Shown here: piece by piece, positions 10,101-18,885 of the stretch
Layout of the letters: each line of letters begins with the position of its first letter
Position numbering within the stretch: the stretch's first letter is position 1
DNA from: a virus
Taxonomy: Duplodnaviria > Caudoviricetes
IMG/VR virus record: IMGVR_UViG_3300012231_000010
Span: 1,538 to 65,537 of that record
Length of the DNA: 64,000 nucleotides
Direction: 5' to 3' (one strand)
Position numbers and translations under genes: made by a program
The notes under the pieces: model-generated
Told to the model about the DNA's origin: nothing
What the model saw: only the letters and a program-made list of their open reading frames with translations
The model's database searches: none

Positions 10101-13100
10101 TTCCCGGGAAGCCTAGATGTTTAAATTCATAGCCCTTGCCTTCCAGCTCCACGCCCTTCGTGGTGCGCGGAAGAAACTTAGCCGGGGGCGGGACAAGAAA
10201 ATCTTCACCGCGTTCCGCCAAGGCTTTGCCCATGCTGCCCGTTTTAGTCGCGGCTTCCATGGATTCCCGGAAGAATTGAGTGCGAGTAGCCTCGGTCATC
10301 GCGGCATCAAAATCCCCGGCTTGCATCGCTTTCTTGGAGGCCGCAGAAGACGCCTCTTGAAGCTTGACAAGATTATTGACCGCCTCAGGTGTCCGGGATA
10401 GCTTACCTAACTCCACTGCTTTGCCCGTTATACCAGACGGTAGCGTCTTGGCGAATTCCACAAATTCTTCAGTGGACATCTTGGCCACTTCACCGGGGAA
10501 CCCGGCGGCGGTGTCAGCGGTCAGCTCGGCGGGTAAGAATTTTGCCCCCTCTAATGCGATTGAGCGCGCGCGCTCAATTAACTCGGGGGCTACAAGGGAC
10601 GCTTTTTGCTGCGCGAATGGGCGCTCAGCCAACGATAGGAATCCTTCATCACCTTTTTTAATCAGCTCTCCCTTAGCGTTTCGCATGTGCGGGCCGTAAT
10701 TAGTCCAAGCTGTTTGCGCGATGGACTCACTGGCTAATGCCCCTTGGGCGGCGGGAGTGAACATTTCAGAGTGCGCGCGCCAAGCGTTGAATTCGCCTTG
10801 CGGACCAAATTGGTATCCTTCCTTGGCGTGCCCGAAATAGTCATGGACGGCGCGAAAAAGGTCATTGACCGGGACCGATATGCCGTCAATAACCACACCA
10901 GAGTCCGCCAGCATCGGGTGATTTTCCGGCTTGCCCCCATTGCCCCCGTATTCTTTAACCGTCTGGAGGACTTTGAGACGTTTGTTAATTCGCACGTCCG
11001 CGACCATATCCGAACTGGATTTGTAGGGTTCCCCGGTCTCGTCGAATAATTCGATTTTTACCCCAGCATCTTTTAAAGCATTGTATTGTGAAAATATTTC
11101 ATCGCTGAATGCTTTATACCCCGCCTGGATTTCTGCGTCTGTTGGGTTGTGCGTCGCGGATTGCCACGCGTCGGCAAATTCCATGCCCATCTGAACCGGC
11201 AATTTAGAATTTACAGAGGACGGGGAATAGGGTATGCCCGCAGCTTCCGCATAAGCGCGCGCTACAGTGCGCGCGTCCTCGTTTGGTTCCAATTTTGCGG
11301 GCTTCTTGTCTGGTAGCAAACCAGTGCGCAGGGCTTTATCCCGCTCCTCGGGAAGAAACTTTGCGGCCCCCGCGAATTCCCTAGACTCAAGCCCGCCTAT
11401 GCGCCCGGTTGATTCGCGCATCTGTTTTTCATCCACTTGCTTGATTTCAACAGCGCGTTGAAAAGCCTCGTCCCGTGAAAGGAAATTCCCGGCACCGTCA
11501 ATAAAGCCGTCTTCGAGAGTGTCAGTCTCCAGAATTTGGCCCGCGTCCAGACCATTAATAAACGCGTCGGGGTGTGTCCGCCCGGTGACAATCTCCCCGC
11601 GTGGGGTGCGTAGGGCGGCGGAAACAACACGGCGCTCTTCCAGTTCGCGGGGCAAGAAACCGGCGCGGACAACGTCAGTGACAGGAGCCTTGAATTGAAG
11701 ATCCGGCCGGGGCTTGACCGATTTGATCCGGTCCACCCGCAACCGCTCAGTGACTTCGTGCAAATCGCGAATTTCGACCCCTTGCCGCGCTAGTTCATTG
11801 CGCAGCGGGTTGACTTCGCCGACCGTTTCCCCAGTGGGGAAGGTTTGCTTGCCAGTGGCTCCCGGTTCAATGCGCGCGGGAGTTTCAACGGAGCGCAAGT
11901 TTATCTCGGCGATTTTACGGGCCTTAACATTGCCTGGCACCCCTGGACCGGTTACCCGGGAGGTCTTGGGGGGTGCCAAGCCCTGAAGCAAGTTCAGGTA
12001 ATTCCCCACATCCTCGGGAAGCAACGTTGGCCGGTAAGATGGGTTCTCAGGCGGGATAGACGCGCCCAGCTCGGGGGCGGGGCGGACAAGTTTTTGACCG
12101 TCACCCCGGAAACCATTCTGCTGGTTCTCGGTATACGCCACCAAATCTTTTTGTAAACGACGCCAAGAGGCTTCTGTAAGGTGCCCATTGGCGACTTCAT
12201 AAGGAAGAACGTTCTTCAGGCCCTTAGCCGTGACGGCTTTATTAACGATATTGACGTTGGCCAGGACTTTATCCAGAGACATCCCAAGGATCTCAAGCTT
12301 CTGCCCGGCCCCTTTGCCCACCGTCTCGAATCGGACGGGGACGAAACCTTTTTGGAAGAGGTCCCGCACGTCCCGGGGTGCTGTCCCAGCGGCTTCGGCG
12401 GCATCAGCCTTGATACGCTCCTCCAGTCGGACAAGGCGGCCCTGGGGCTTCCCAGGCTCGAATTCTTTGGCCCCCATTACTTCCAGCTCAACGGGGGTAA
12501 CTTGGCCGGGTTTGCGTTCGAAACCGGCGGCAAGATCATCAACCACCTTGATAAGGTTAGGATCCCCTACCTTGGCGGCAAAGGTGCGGCCGACATCAAT
12601 CCGGGCAGATTCAAGCGCCCCGGCGGCAGTTCCCTGTTGTTCCGGGGTAGTAATGCGAACATTACGTAGTCGCTCGCCAAGGGATGTTGGGGCGGGTCGG
12701 CCGGGTTGCGGGGTGACTGGCGGGGTCACTTCCGGGGTGACTGGCGGGGTAGCCGGGCTGGGTTGCGGCTTAGAAAAATCAACGGTCGGCGCGGGGGCGG
12801 CCTGGGGCTCAACCCGGGTAATCCGCTCCCGAACAGCGTTCTCAAGCATCCCCTGAACGCTAAAGGACGGCTTTACAGGGAGGTTGGGGGTAGTTCGACC
12901 GCCCGTCAGGTCAATGCCAGCTTTCTCGGCGACCCGTGCGGCAGCCGCAACCAGACGATCAACCAAGGGCCGGGGAGTCCCCAGCGTCTCAATTGGCGCA
13001 TTGGCCATCAAGCCGGAGAAATTCTCAGCAATGATCTCGCTTGCCAGTCCCTCAGGGGAGAGTTCCCGCGCGGGCTGGCCCGAGAGCAAGCTTTGATTCA

Positions 13101-15120
13101 TCCGGTCTTCGTAAACTTGTTTAAATGCCTCCAATTGCTCAGGGGTATACCGTTTTAAAACCTCCGCCTGCAAAGCGTCCCGCGTGGGTTCATCGAGGAT
13201 AGCTTCCAGCATGTGTCCGGCATCATGCGGCAAGCCAGTCGCATCCCTGTTTAAGAAAACCACTTTCTTTGGCCCGGAGGAAGTGTTAAAGGAACCTGAA
13301 AAAACAGCGTGGCTATTAGCGAACGATTCGGCGGCGGATAACTCCTCGGCGGTAAGCGGCGCGCCCTTCTCGGTCTCCATCACTTCCAGCACGCGCTGGC
13401 GGTAGTTATCCGAGTCTTGCAAATAGATTTCACCGTCACCCCGAAAAAGTTCCCGGAAGCCATTAACGGTGGCCTGTGTGGGTGCGTCAAGCGCGGCAAA
13501 TTGAGCCTCATGAACCTGATCCAGGGCTGGAACGAGTCCATACGCGGGGGAGTCAATGACGACTGGTGGGGTAGTCTTGTCGAAAGGATCAAGCAGGCGG
13601 CCGCCAACAACGCGCTCGCGCAATGCTGTAACGCCCTTATATGCTCCAATTGCCGCTCCGCCGATACCGCCCAAAGCCAAACCGCCAGCCAATAGGGCAG
13701 CAGCCTGTTCATCAGTATCAGCGGCGGCCGCCAATGGAGCGGCGGCAACAGCGCCAACAGCGGCACCCTTTGCGACAGGCGCAACGGGGGTAGAGACGGC
13801 CTGAACCGCCCGGAGCAAGCGCCCAGGTTGGGCCTCCCCGGTCAGCTCACGCCCGAAAGCAACGATCTTTTGGCCAGCGCGCTGGGCGGCTTGACCAGTT
13901 TTGACAATACCCGTGGCAACCCGGCCCGCTGCCGCTGCCGCAGCAGTAGCACCAACAGCCGCGCCCGGGAGCCCAGCGAATTCCGCACCCTTGACAGCGC
14001 CAGCGACACCGGCGGCGAGTTTCATTGGGGCTCGGCCCACTTCTCCGATCTTCTCAACCGCTTTTCCCCCAAGTTCAGCAGCTTTCCCAGCAACTTTAAC
14101 GGCGGTCCCCGGAGCGGCTTTCACCGCATCGACAACCGGCGCGCCAATTCGCTTAGCGACTTGCATGGCTTTCGCGGCATTGGGGGCAAGGCCGATGACT
14201 TGTCCAGCTTTATTGACCATCACAACGCCGGATGCAACTGAAGCGGCTTTGGCCAGTTTGCCAAGGAGCTGTGCCCCCTTAACAGGGACGATAATTTGAA
14301 TGGGATCTGCCAGAGAAAGACTTTCGACCACATCCGGGTCGATCTCGACACCTTCTTTGGCCAACGTGTCCGCATCCAGGCCCAGCGCCTTTACTGCGAC
14401 ACCTTTACCAGCGCGCGCGTTCTCCGTCGCATTCAAGAAGTCGATATCGTCCTGCAACGCGGCTTCAAGTTCCGCCGGTGTAGCCTTGGCCCAATCCTCG
14501 GCGGACATCTTAAGCTTTCGGATGCCCGTCCGCCCAAGGTCAACGATCCCCGTAGCGGCCAGCTCAGATCCAGCCGCCATTTCGGCGATGGCTTGCTTCT
14601 GATTCTTCTTCGTCTCAGCAATGATGCTCTTGATCTGTGTGGGATTTGTGATGGCCCCGGCAACCAAATTGACAGTTGGTTGCACACCTGCCTCGATGGC
14701 CCGCTCCAAGTAATCCCGGAACCCCTTGGCGACATCCGCGATCAATCCGGGAGCGGCAGGGACGGCCTTGGAAACCACTTTGGCCAAATCAATACCACGA
14801 ATCCGGCGAGCGCGGGAAGCCTCCAAAAGCTTATTAAACTGTTCCGGATCCCGTCGCACATCGGGGTTGTCCCGGACATACTGGGCGAGATTGAATTTCT
14901 CGGAGTCCGACAACTCTTCGTCAGAGAGATACTCAGTGGGCTTGGCCGCTTGAAAAGCAGAAAATTCATCCCCGGCAACTTCAAAGCCCGCAAATTCATC
15001 CCCGGCGGATTCAAACCCGGCGAATTCGTCCAGTTTAACAGACGGAGGGAGTGGCTGTGGGCCAGTAACGGACCCAGGCGCTAACAGGCTGTCAGCGTTT
15101 TGTGGGATGATAGTTGCCAT
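7144..15120 (-). CDS. Giant polyvalent / ejected virion protein (2658 aa) with zincin-like motifs, two GNAT domains and a C-terminal HhH/glycosylase-like domain
   Basis: PHDAGH...EIIAENF and FRAVHDYFGH motifs; two GNAT motif A segments (VDPKLRKQGLGEALY, VSEKFRRRGIAEAML); C-terminal WYD...LLAATSP...TIDLWAAR...QLQGALW; located after ejection/pilot genes. Confidence 0.8.
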   Translation of the reverse strand: MATIIPQNADSLLAPGSVTGPQPLPPSVKLDEFAGFESAGDEFAGFEVAGDEFSAFQAAKPTEYLSDEELSDSEKFNLAQYVRDNPDVRRDPEQFNKLLEASRARRIRGIDLAKVVSKAVPAAPGLIADVAKGFRDYLERAIEAGVQPTVNLVAGAITNPTQIKSIIAETKKNQKQAIAEMAAGSELAATGIVDLGRTGIRKLKMSAEDWAKATPAELEAALQDDIDFLNATENARAGKGVAVKALGLDADTLAKEGVEIDPDVVESLSLADPIQIIVPVKGAQLLGKLAKAASVASGVVMVNKAGQVIGLAPNAAKAMQVAKRIGAPVVDAVKAAPGTAVKVAGKAAELGGKAVEKIGEVGRAPMKLAAGVAGAVKGAEFAGLPGAAVGATAAAAAAGRVATGIVKTGQAAQRAGQKIVAFGRELTGEAQPGRLLRAVQAVSTPVAPVAKGAAVGAVAAAPLAAAADTDEQAAALLAGGLALGGIGGAAIGAYKGVTALRERVVGGRLLDPFDKTTPPVVIDSPAYGLVPALDQVHEAQFAALDAPTQATVNGFRELFRGDGEIYLQDSDNYRQRVLEVMETEKGAPLTAEELSAAESFANSHAVFSGSFNTSSGPKKVVFLNRDATGLPHDAGHMLEAILDEPTRDALQAEVLKRYTPEQLEAFKQVYEDRMNQSLLSGQPARELSPEGLASEIIAENFSGLMANAPIETLGTPRPLVDRLVAAAARVAEKAGIDLTGGRTTPNLPVKPSFSVQGMLENAVRERITRVEPQAAPAPTVDFSKPQPSPATPPVTPEVTPPVTPQPGRPAPTSLGERLRNVRITTPEQQGTAAGALESARIDVGRTFAAKVGDPNLIKVVDDLAAGFERKPGQVTPVELEVMGAKEFEPGKPQGRLVRLEERIKADAAEAAGTAPRDVRDLFQKGFVPVRFETVGKGAGQKLEILGMSLDKVLANVNIVNKAVTAKGLKNVLPYEVANGHLTEASWRRLQKDLVAYTENQQNGFRGDGQKLVRPAPELGASIPPENPSYRPTLLPEDVGNYLNLLQGLAPPKTSRVTGPGVPGNVKARKIAEINLRSVETPARIEPGATGKQTFPTGETVGEVNPLRNELARQGVEIRDLHEVTERLRVDRIKSVKPRPDLQFKAPVTDVVRAGFLPRELEERRVVSAALRTPRGEIVTGRTHPDAFINGLDAGQILETDTLEDGFIDGAGNFLSRDEAFQRAVEIKQVDEKQMRESTGRIGGLESREFAGAAKFLPEERDKALRTGLLPDKKPAKLEPNEDARTVARAYAEAAGIPYSPSSVNSKLPVQMGMEFADAWQSATHNPTDAEIQAGYKAFSDEIFSQYNALKDAGVKIELFDETGEPYKSSSDMVADVRINKRLKVLQTVKEYGGNGGKPENHPMLADSGVVIDGISVPVNDLFRAVHDYFGHAKEGYQFGPQGEFNAWRAHSEMFTPAAQGALASESIAQTAWTNYGPHMRNAKGELIKKGDEGFLSLAERPFAQQKASLVAPELIERARSIALEGAKFLPAELTADTAAGFPGEVAKMSTEEFVEFAKTLPSGITGKAVELGKLSRTPEAVNNLVKLQEASSAASKKAMQAGDFDAAMTEATRTQFFRESMEAATKTGSMGKALAERGEDFLVPPPAKFLPRTTKGVELEGKGYEFKHLGFPGTRSVQIIKGDEVVGQIYSHQPSPELAMVDNVIVDPKLRKQGLGEALYRELGSLLQEDGAKRLSGFIVAEGPLEIRQSVFGDFIDLTSALGDKVAAEEAAGTLRRMRETGNRTADFFEATNEISPDAQFLPHEPVTEKGKALVEKDFEFLREASPGLLKFTVVKNRKKVGKIILGITDSAKLATIGAIDVSEKFRRRGIAEAMLREAATELQIRGVTGLSGNIVGEGPVQIRERVFGPGKTSFGGSEPIDISPEQAAAEVEDGGSIVAHSDIDPDAQFLPKKRKDEKLPLVAKSFILPDGSFREVNRATHDQYLIENSESLNKQFKTAIPATQGKEDVRIGALSSGFIRISYTPNNGRLVIEANEAKFGKAQRDKVQEYITDNLDGIDNLTVSLVDNQGNTKRTATRQFFQMDDDAQKLESIPFVTEEGTGQRGAFLPTANIFSAAEFPDELSRIAKGDKEGETFNADGTIFVPGDRSLDVVTLASRDIPAEDLTPDNAREALAQFADILDNEAAKAGLFRISRKGEGDKQLVSVDLNVVVDQTHRANTQKFAEANNQESFFDLKKLEVVPSGGDGNTVLKDPADIAAAIENLVKGEPVKFPGGLADVEPRAVDDLNVAPVKATKSTTISFLPKGKELEFDLGAQEISPAVLSKRERAELTLPQLRKQYPEAVVPREKDTTVDYAIKESPLYKQAGNEDAAVEAFAAKLEEKYKAHKDDPSTKLGERWYDDFTPLLKARYGEDAPIFAELLAATSPNTTPKVNYGFAEAAFKRWKNGDFDALITKYEEGLSKLADGSLVKQYKRSVPAAQRPQTISDAALMGWWIQKHDLLPRQVERMTKDGKIAPKFGMHSEAVLKVITRRWLKQTQGPKTQNFVMNLLGESDEATIDLWAARTMREAGYKGFQDRWRVLPQHAKAVSDADFAFSQKAFSAAAKRLGLKAHQLQGALWFIEKMNWAKKGWSELNLGDYRQELKDIELREAQQELF

Positions 15121-16379
15121 TACTTACTGGTTTGGAAATTGGGGTTTTTTAGAGTCCGGCCGTCCGGGGTCTTGAAAAATTGAACTGTGGCGGGAAGCGC
15201 GCGCGCCTCGGCCGCTGTCTGCACGGTGGGGATCTGCGCGGGGGCCGCTGCGGGGGTGGCAATCGTCAAAGGCAATGGCTCCTCGACAGGCGCGGGGGCC
15301 GCCGGTTGAGTGGCAGCCTGCGCCGGAGGACGGCCAACTTCAGAAATCTTTTGCATATTCTGCTCCGCGAGTTGCCGTAAACGCGCCTTCTGCGCAACGG
15401 TTCCAGGCTTGTCCCCAAACTGGGGGAAGTATTGAAAGTCCGCACCGCGAAACTCAGACGGAGTAATCGTGGCCCCTGATTCTTGGCGGAGCGCGGCGGA
15501 GATCCAGTTTGCTTTAGCGGCCTCATATTGCTGCGACTCTTCCGGGGCAAGGGCGGCAAGACCATGCTTGCTGGCCTTCTGGCCGATGGCCGCCGAAAAT
15601 GTGGTGGGATCATACCCGCCAGTCGCCAGGGCGTCAATCACGCCACGCGCTTCCTCCATGCGGGACGCATACTGCGAGGTCTTCGCCTGATTTTCGGTCA
15701 GCGGTTTCTCGCCGGACTCCACGAGTCCGAGTTCCGTTTTGGACGTGACGTTTCCCTGGGCGTCCAACGTAAGGCGATACCGCTTCTTGTCGAACGTCAC
15801 GGGGTCCTGCAAGATAACCTCTTCGGTCCGGGGCTTCTGAATGGCGCTCATGTCCATCCGGAATTTCTGGATGGCTTTAAAAGTGTCGATGTTCGCCGCC
15901 GCGAGTTTCTTTGGATCCTCCGGGATTTTCTCACCCGGATGCGTGGAGGCGAAAAAAGACTGGGCGTTTTCTGGGGACGCAAAAGGCTGCGAACCTAGCA
16001 ACCCCTGGAGTTGATTCACGTCATCCTGGGTGCGAAGTTCTTGGATCTGGAGTTGCTGCGGCAACGTCCGCAAACCCTGCTCGGCCACTGCGGCCTGCCC
16101 CTGGAGCTGCATGGCGGCAAGATCCGACTGTGCGGGCTGTAGGGCGGCCTGCGATTGAAGCGTCCCCTGGGCGACTTGCTGCTGGAGCGGCAAAAGTTCC
16201 AGCGCGGCGATGTTCTGCGCGTTCTGCAATTGGCGGCCGCTTTGTCCCGTGGTGAGCGCCGTGGCGATTTCTTCGGCGGACAGCACACCCTGCTTGAAGG
16301 CAAGCTGCAAATTTTGGATGCCCGCGCCCATATTATTGGGCTCTCGAACGTTCGCGATACCTGACGTATTGACAGCCAT
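15120..16379 (-). CDS. Probable internal virion/ejection protein
   Basis: 419 aa, Gln/Ala-rich helical; position between pilot-like gene and giant protein. Confidence 0.55.
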   Translation of the reverse strand: MAVNTSGIANVREPNNMGAGIQNLQLAFKQGVLSAEEIATALTTGQSGRQLQNAQNIAALELLPLQQQVAQGTLQSQAALQPAQSDLAAMQLQGQAAVAEQGLRTLPQQLQIQELRTQDDVNQLQGLLGSQPFASPENAQSFFASTHPGEKIPEDPKKLAAANIDTFKAIQKFRMDMSAIQKPRTEEVILQDPVTFDKKRYRLTLDAQGNVTSKTELGLVESGEKPLTENQAKTSQYASRMEEARGVIDALATGGYDPTTFSAAIGQKASKHGLAALAPEESQQYEAAKANWISAALRQESGATITPSEFRGADFQYFPQFGDKPGTVAQKARLRQLAEQNMQKISEVGRPPAQAATQPAAPAPVEEPLPLTIATPAAAPAQIPTVQTAAEARALPATVQFFKTPDGRTLKNPNFQTSK

Positions 16380-16382
16380 AAA

Positions 16383-17327
16383 TTACATTCGGGGTTCAGC
16401 CAGCGGGAGGCCGCCCGTAGAAGACCTGGGCTTATTGAGGGCCCCAATCGTAGACGTAGCCAAGGAAGTCCCGGTCCCAATAAGCTGGTTCAGAAACGCA
16501 CCCTGAGCGAGCGCGCCCTGCGCGCGCACATCCCCACCCTGGCTGGTAAGCTGATTCTGCGCCCCCAGCTTGGTCAGCCCAATATTGACCACATCCTCGC
16601 CGGTAATGCCAACCCGTGGAACAGTGGATTCTCCGATGGCAAGCACCCCCTGCTGCTTCGCAAGATTCGCGGTCTGCAAATCTTTCAATTTCGGGAAAAT
16701 CCCGGCCAGGATGTTGACGCGCGCATTCTCGATATCCTGCGCCGCACCCGCCAACCCGATGGCCTGTTGCTGGCGTTGCTGCTGGAGCTGAATCGCGCCG
16801 CTCCCGATAAGTTTTCGGATCTGATTACCAGCCGCACCCTGCCCCCGTGCGCCAAAGCCCGTGGTTCCACCGCGTTCGAGCCCGGTCCGGACCAATTCCG
16901 CCTGGAAATCAGGGGGGAGTGTGGCCCCGGCGTCCAGTTCCGCTTTCGCGGCATCCAGCAATTGCTGCTTGAGCGCCGCCAGCTTGGGATCTTGAGTCCG
17001 GGTTTCCTGAAAAAGCTGATCAGCAAGCGTGTCGCCCTGACCGGGGCCCTGCTGGGCCTCTCGCAGCACGCCCTCCGCGCCTACCTGCCGGATTGCAGCG
17101 AGTGCTGGATCCACCTGTCGCTGCGCCAAAAGTTCGTTCGCCCGCTTGGCAATGTCCTGGACTGCCGCGCGCGCCGCCAGCTCGTCGGGGTTAATCGACT
17201 CAAGGCGCGCCTCCTGCCGCTTCAAAGCCTTTTCCTGCGCCTTGAGCGCGTCTTCCTGCGCGCCTTTTTGAATGAACGCACCCGCGACGGAACCCGCCGC
17301 GCCAATTACTGCTCCTGCCCATCCCAT
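16383..17327 (-). CDS. DNA pilot/ejection-like protein
   Basis: Gly/Ala-rich N-terminus MGWAGAVIGAAGSVAGAFI followed by Gln-rich coiled coil; directly after GNAT gene, a common podovirus arrangement. Confidence 0.6.
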   Translation of the reverse strand: MGWAGAVIGAAGSVAGAFIQKGAQEDALKAQEKALKRQEARLESINPDELAARAAVQDIAKRANELLAQRQVDPALAAIRQVGAEGVLREAQQGPGQGDTLADQLFQETRTQDPKLAALKQQLLDAAKAELDAGATLPPDFQAELVRTGLERGGTTGFGARGQGAAGNQIRKLIGSGAIQLQQQRQQQAIGLAGAAQDIENARVNILAGIFPKLKDLQTANLAKQQGVLAIGESTVPRVGITGEDVVNIGLTKLGAQNQLTSQGGDVRAQGALAQGAFLNQLIGTGTSLATSTIGALNKPRSSTGGLPLAEPRM

Positions 17328-17779
17328 AAATCTTTGATGTAAACTGTTTCCAACGGCTTGAAGCCTTCTCGCAACCATAAACGCTCCAGCGCTTGGGACC
17401 CATCGCCACCATCACACAACTTTGACACAACCAGCGCCCGGGTGCCGCGCCGGATGGCTTCATCCGCGAATTCTCGATACAACCGGGTTCCGATTCCCCG
17501 CCCCCGGTGCCCCGGGTGGACATAATAAAGCAACTCAGCGGCTTTCTTCATCCCAGTAGCGGGATCCGTAAAATACAAGGCCCCCAGAACACCGCCGATA
17601 CCCTCAGAAACCCGGGAGTCCATAAAAAGTATCCCAGATCCACTCTCGTAGTATGCGCGCCAGGTATCAATCCAGCGGGGCATATCAACAACCCCAGGAT
17701 GCCCAGACTGTTTCATCAAATCTTCAGAACAGTAGGCCAGGGCTTCCGGGATCTCGTTTGGGAATGCTCTGCACACCAT
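17306..17779 (-). CDS. GNAT-family acetyltransferase
   Basis: ELLYYVHPGHRGRGIGTRLYREF acetyl-CoA binding motif; LWLREGFKPLE. Confidence 0.85.
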   Translation of the reverse strand: MVCRAFPNEIPEALAYCSEDLMKQSGHPGVVDMPRWIDTWRAYYESGSGILFMDSRVSEGIGGVLGALYFTDPATGMKKAAELLYYVHPGHRGRGIGTRLYREFADEAIRRGTRALVVSKLCDGGDGSQALERLWLREGFKPLETVYIKDLWDGQEQ

Positions 17780-17812
17780 CAATTAAAGTCTAGCCTTTTG
17801 AGTCTGTGTCAA
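17780..17812 (-). promoter_or_regulatory. Class II (putative late) promoter
   Basis: TTGACA-N16-GACTTT-N5-ATG. Confidence 0.55.
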
Positions 17813-18883
17813 TTACACCTTCACGAGGCACCAGAAAGCAACCGTGGGTTGAATCGTGTTATGTCCAACAGCGACGGCGGTATACGCAGCGGCCGATGCT
17901 TGCGGCAACTGCACGGACGTAATCAACCCTGTCCCAGCAGGGCCCGTCCCGATACTGCCAGACGTAGTTCCGTTGGGAGACCCATCGCCCTCCACCGTAA
18001 ACCCGTTGGGCGGGACCGGCAGGGGAATCGAGAGAGTGTCCGCCGACTCGACCCGGAACAACTGGATGTTGTTGTCCGAATTCAGCAGGGTGGCATGCCC
18101 CATCAAGTGGGTGTGCTGTTCGTGCTCTTCGGACGTAAGGATGTGAGTCTCTTCGCCGAACAAATCACCGGTTGCCCGAGAAGTAATCCCAGCGTCAACC
18201 GCCAGATCCGCCGCTGGCGCGCCCCCAGCATCCTTGTTTGCGGACGCGATAACCTTGCCACGCAAACTTTGGTTGGTGTCACCGATCTCCTGCCATCCAG
18301 GATTTGCAGCCAGCGCGGCGGATAACGTCGGATAAGCAACATGCTTGATGTCGCCCACAACGCCGGACACAGTCCGCCATGCGCCGCGCTCCCACCAGAT
18401 ATGAACCGAAATCGTGGTGTCATAATACTGCTGGAGTTCGATGGGATTGGCCGGACGAGACGCAGTTGGTCCGCTTTGGACAATCGTGCTGGATGGTTTC
18501 CAGACAGTGCCATTGAAAAAATACCAGTCAATAAATTCGATAACGCCAGAAATTGTTTGCGTCCGCGCCCAAATCGGCGGAGTTCCCTGCGATGGGGTAG
18601 CGTCGCCAACCTGGAAAACGACCGTTTCCGAATCGAAGATATCCAGCGGCACATAACGTCCCAGGTCTTCATCGAAGACATACCACTTCGTCCCATTCTT
18701 CAACCACGGGCCCTGGTTGGAAATGGGCTCGGTGTCACCAATGACGAAAAAGGTTCCGCCAAATGGAGACACGATCCGCATGCGCCGGACCATGGCGTCA
18801 AAGTATTCCTGGAGGCTGCCCTTAAAATTTGGGGGCAGCGCCGAAGCTTGGATTTGCAGTTGCGTTTGTTCTGTTGCGGCCAT
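17813..18883 (-). CDS. Tail fibre / tail-collar-like structural protein
   Basis: C-terminal GEETHILTSEEHEQHTH...HNTIQPTVAFWCLVKV resembles tail-collar fibre termini; lies in tail module. Confidence 0.6.
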   Translation of the reverse strand: MAATEQTQLQIQASALPPNFKGSLQEYFDAMVRRMRIVSPFGGTFFVIGDTEPISNQGPWLKNGTKWYVFDEDLGRYVPLDIFDSETVVFQVGDATPSQGTPPIWARTQTISGVIEFIDWYFFNGTVWKPSSTIVQSGPTASRPANPIELQQYYDTTISVHIWWERGAWRTVSGVVGDIKHVAYPTLSAALAANPGWQEIGDTNQSLRGKVIASANKDAGGAPAADLAVDAGITSRATGDLFGEETHILTSEEHEQHTHLMGHATLLNSDNNIQLFRVESADTLSIPLPVPPNGFTVEGDGSPNGTTSGSIGTGPAGTGLITSVQLPQASAAAYTAVAVGHNTIQPTVAFWCLVKV

Positions 18884-18885
18884 AA

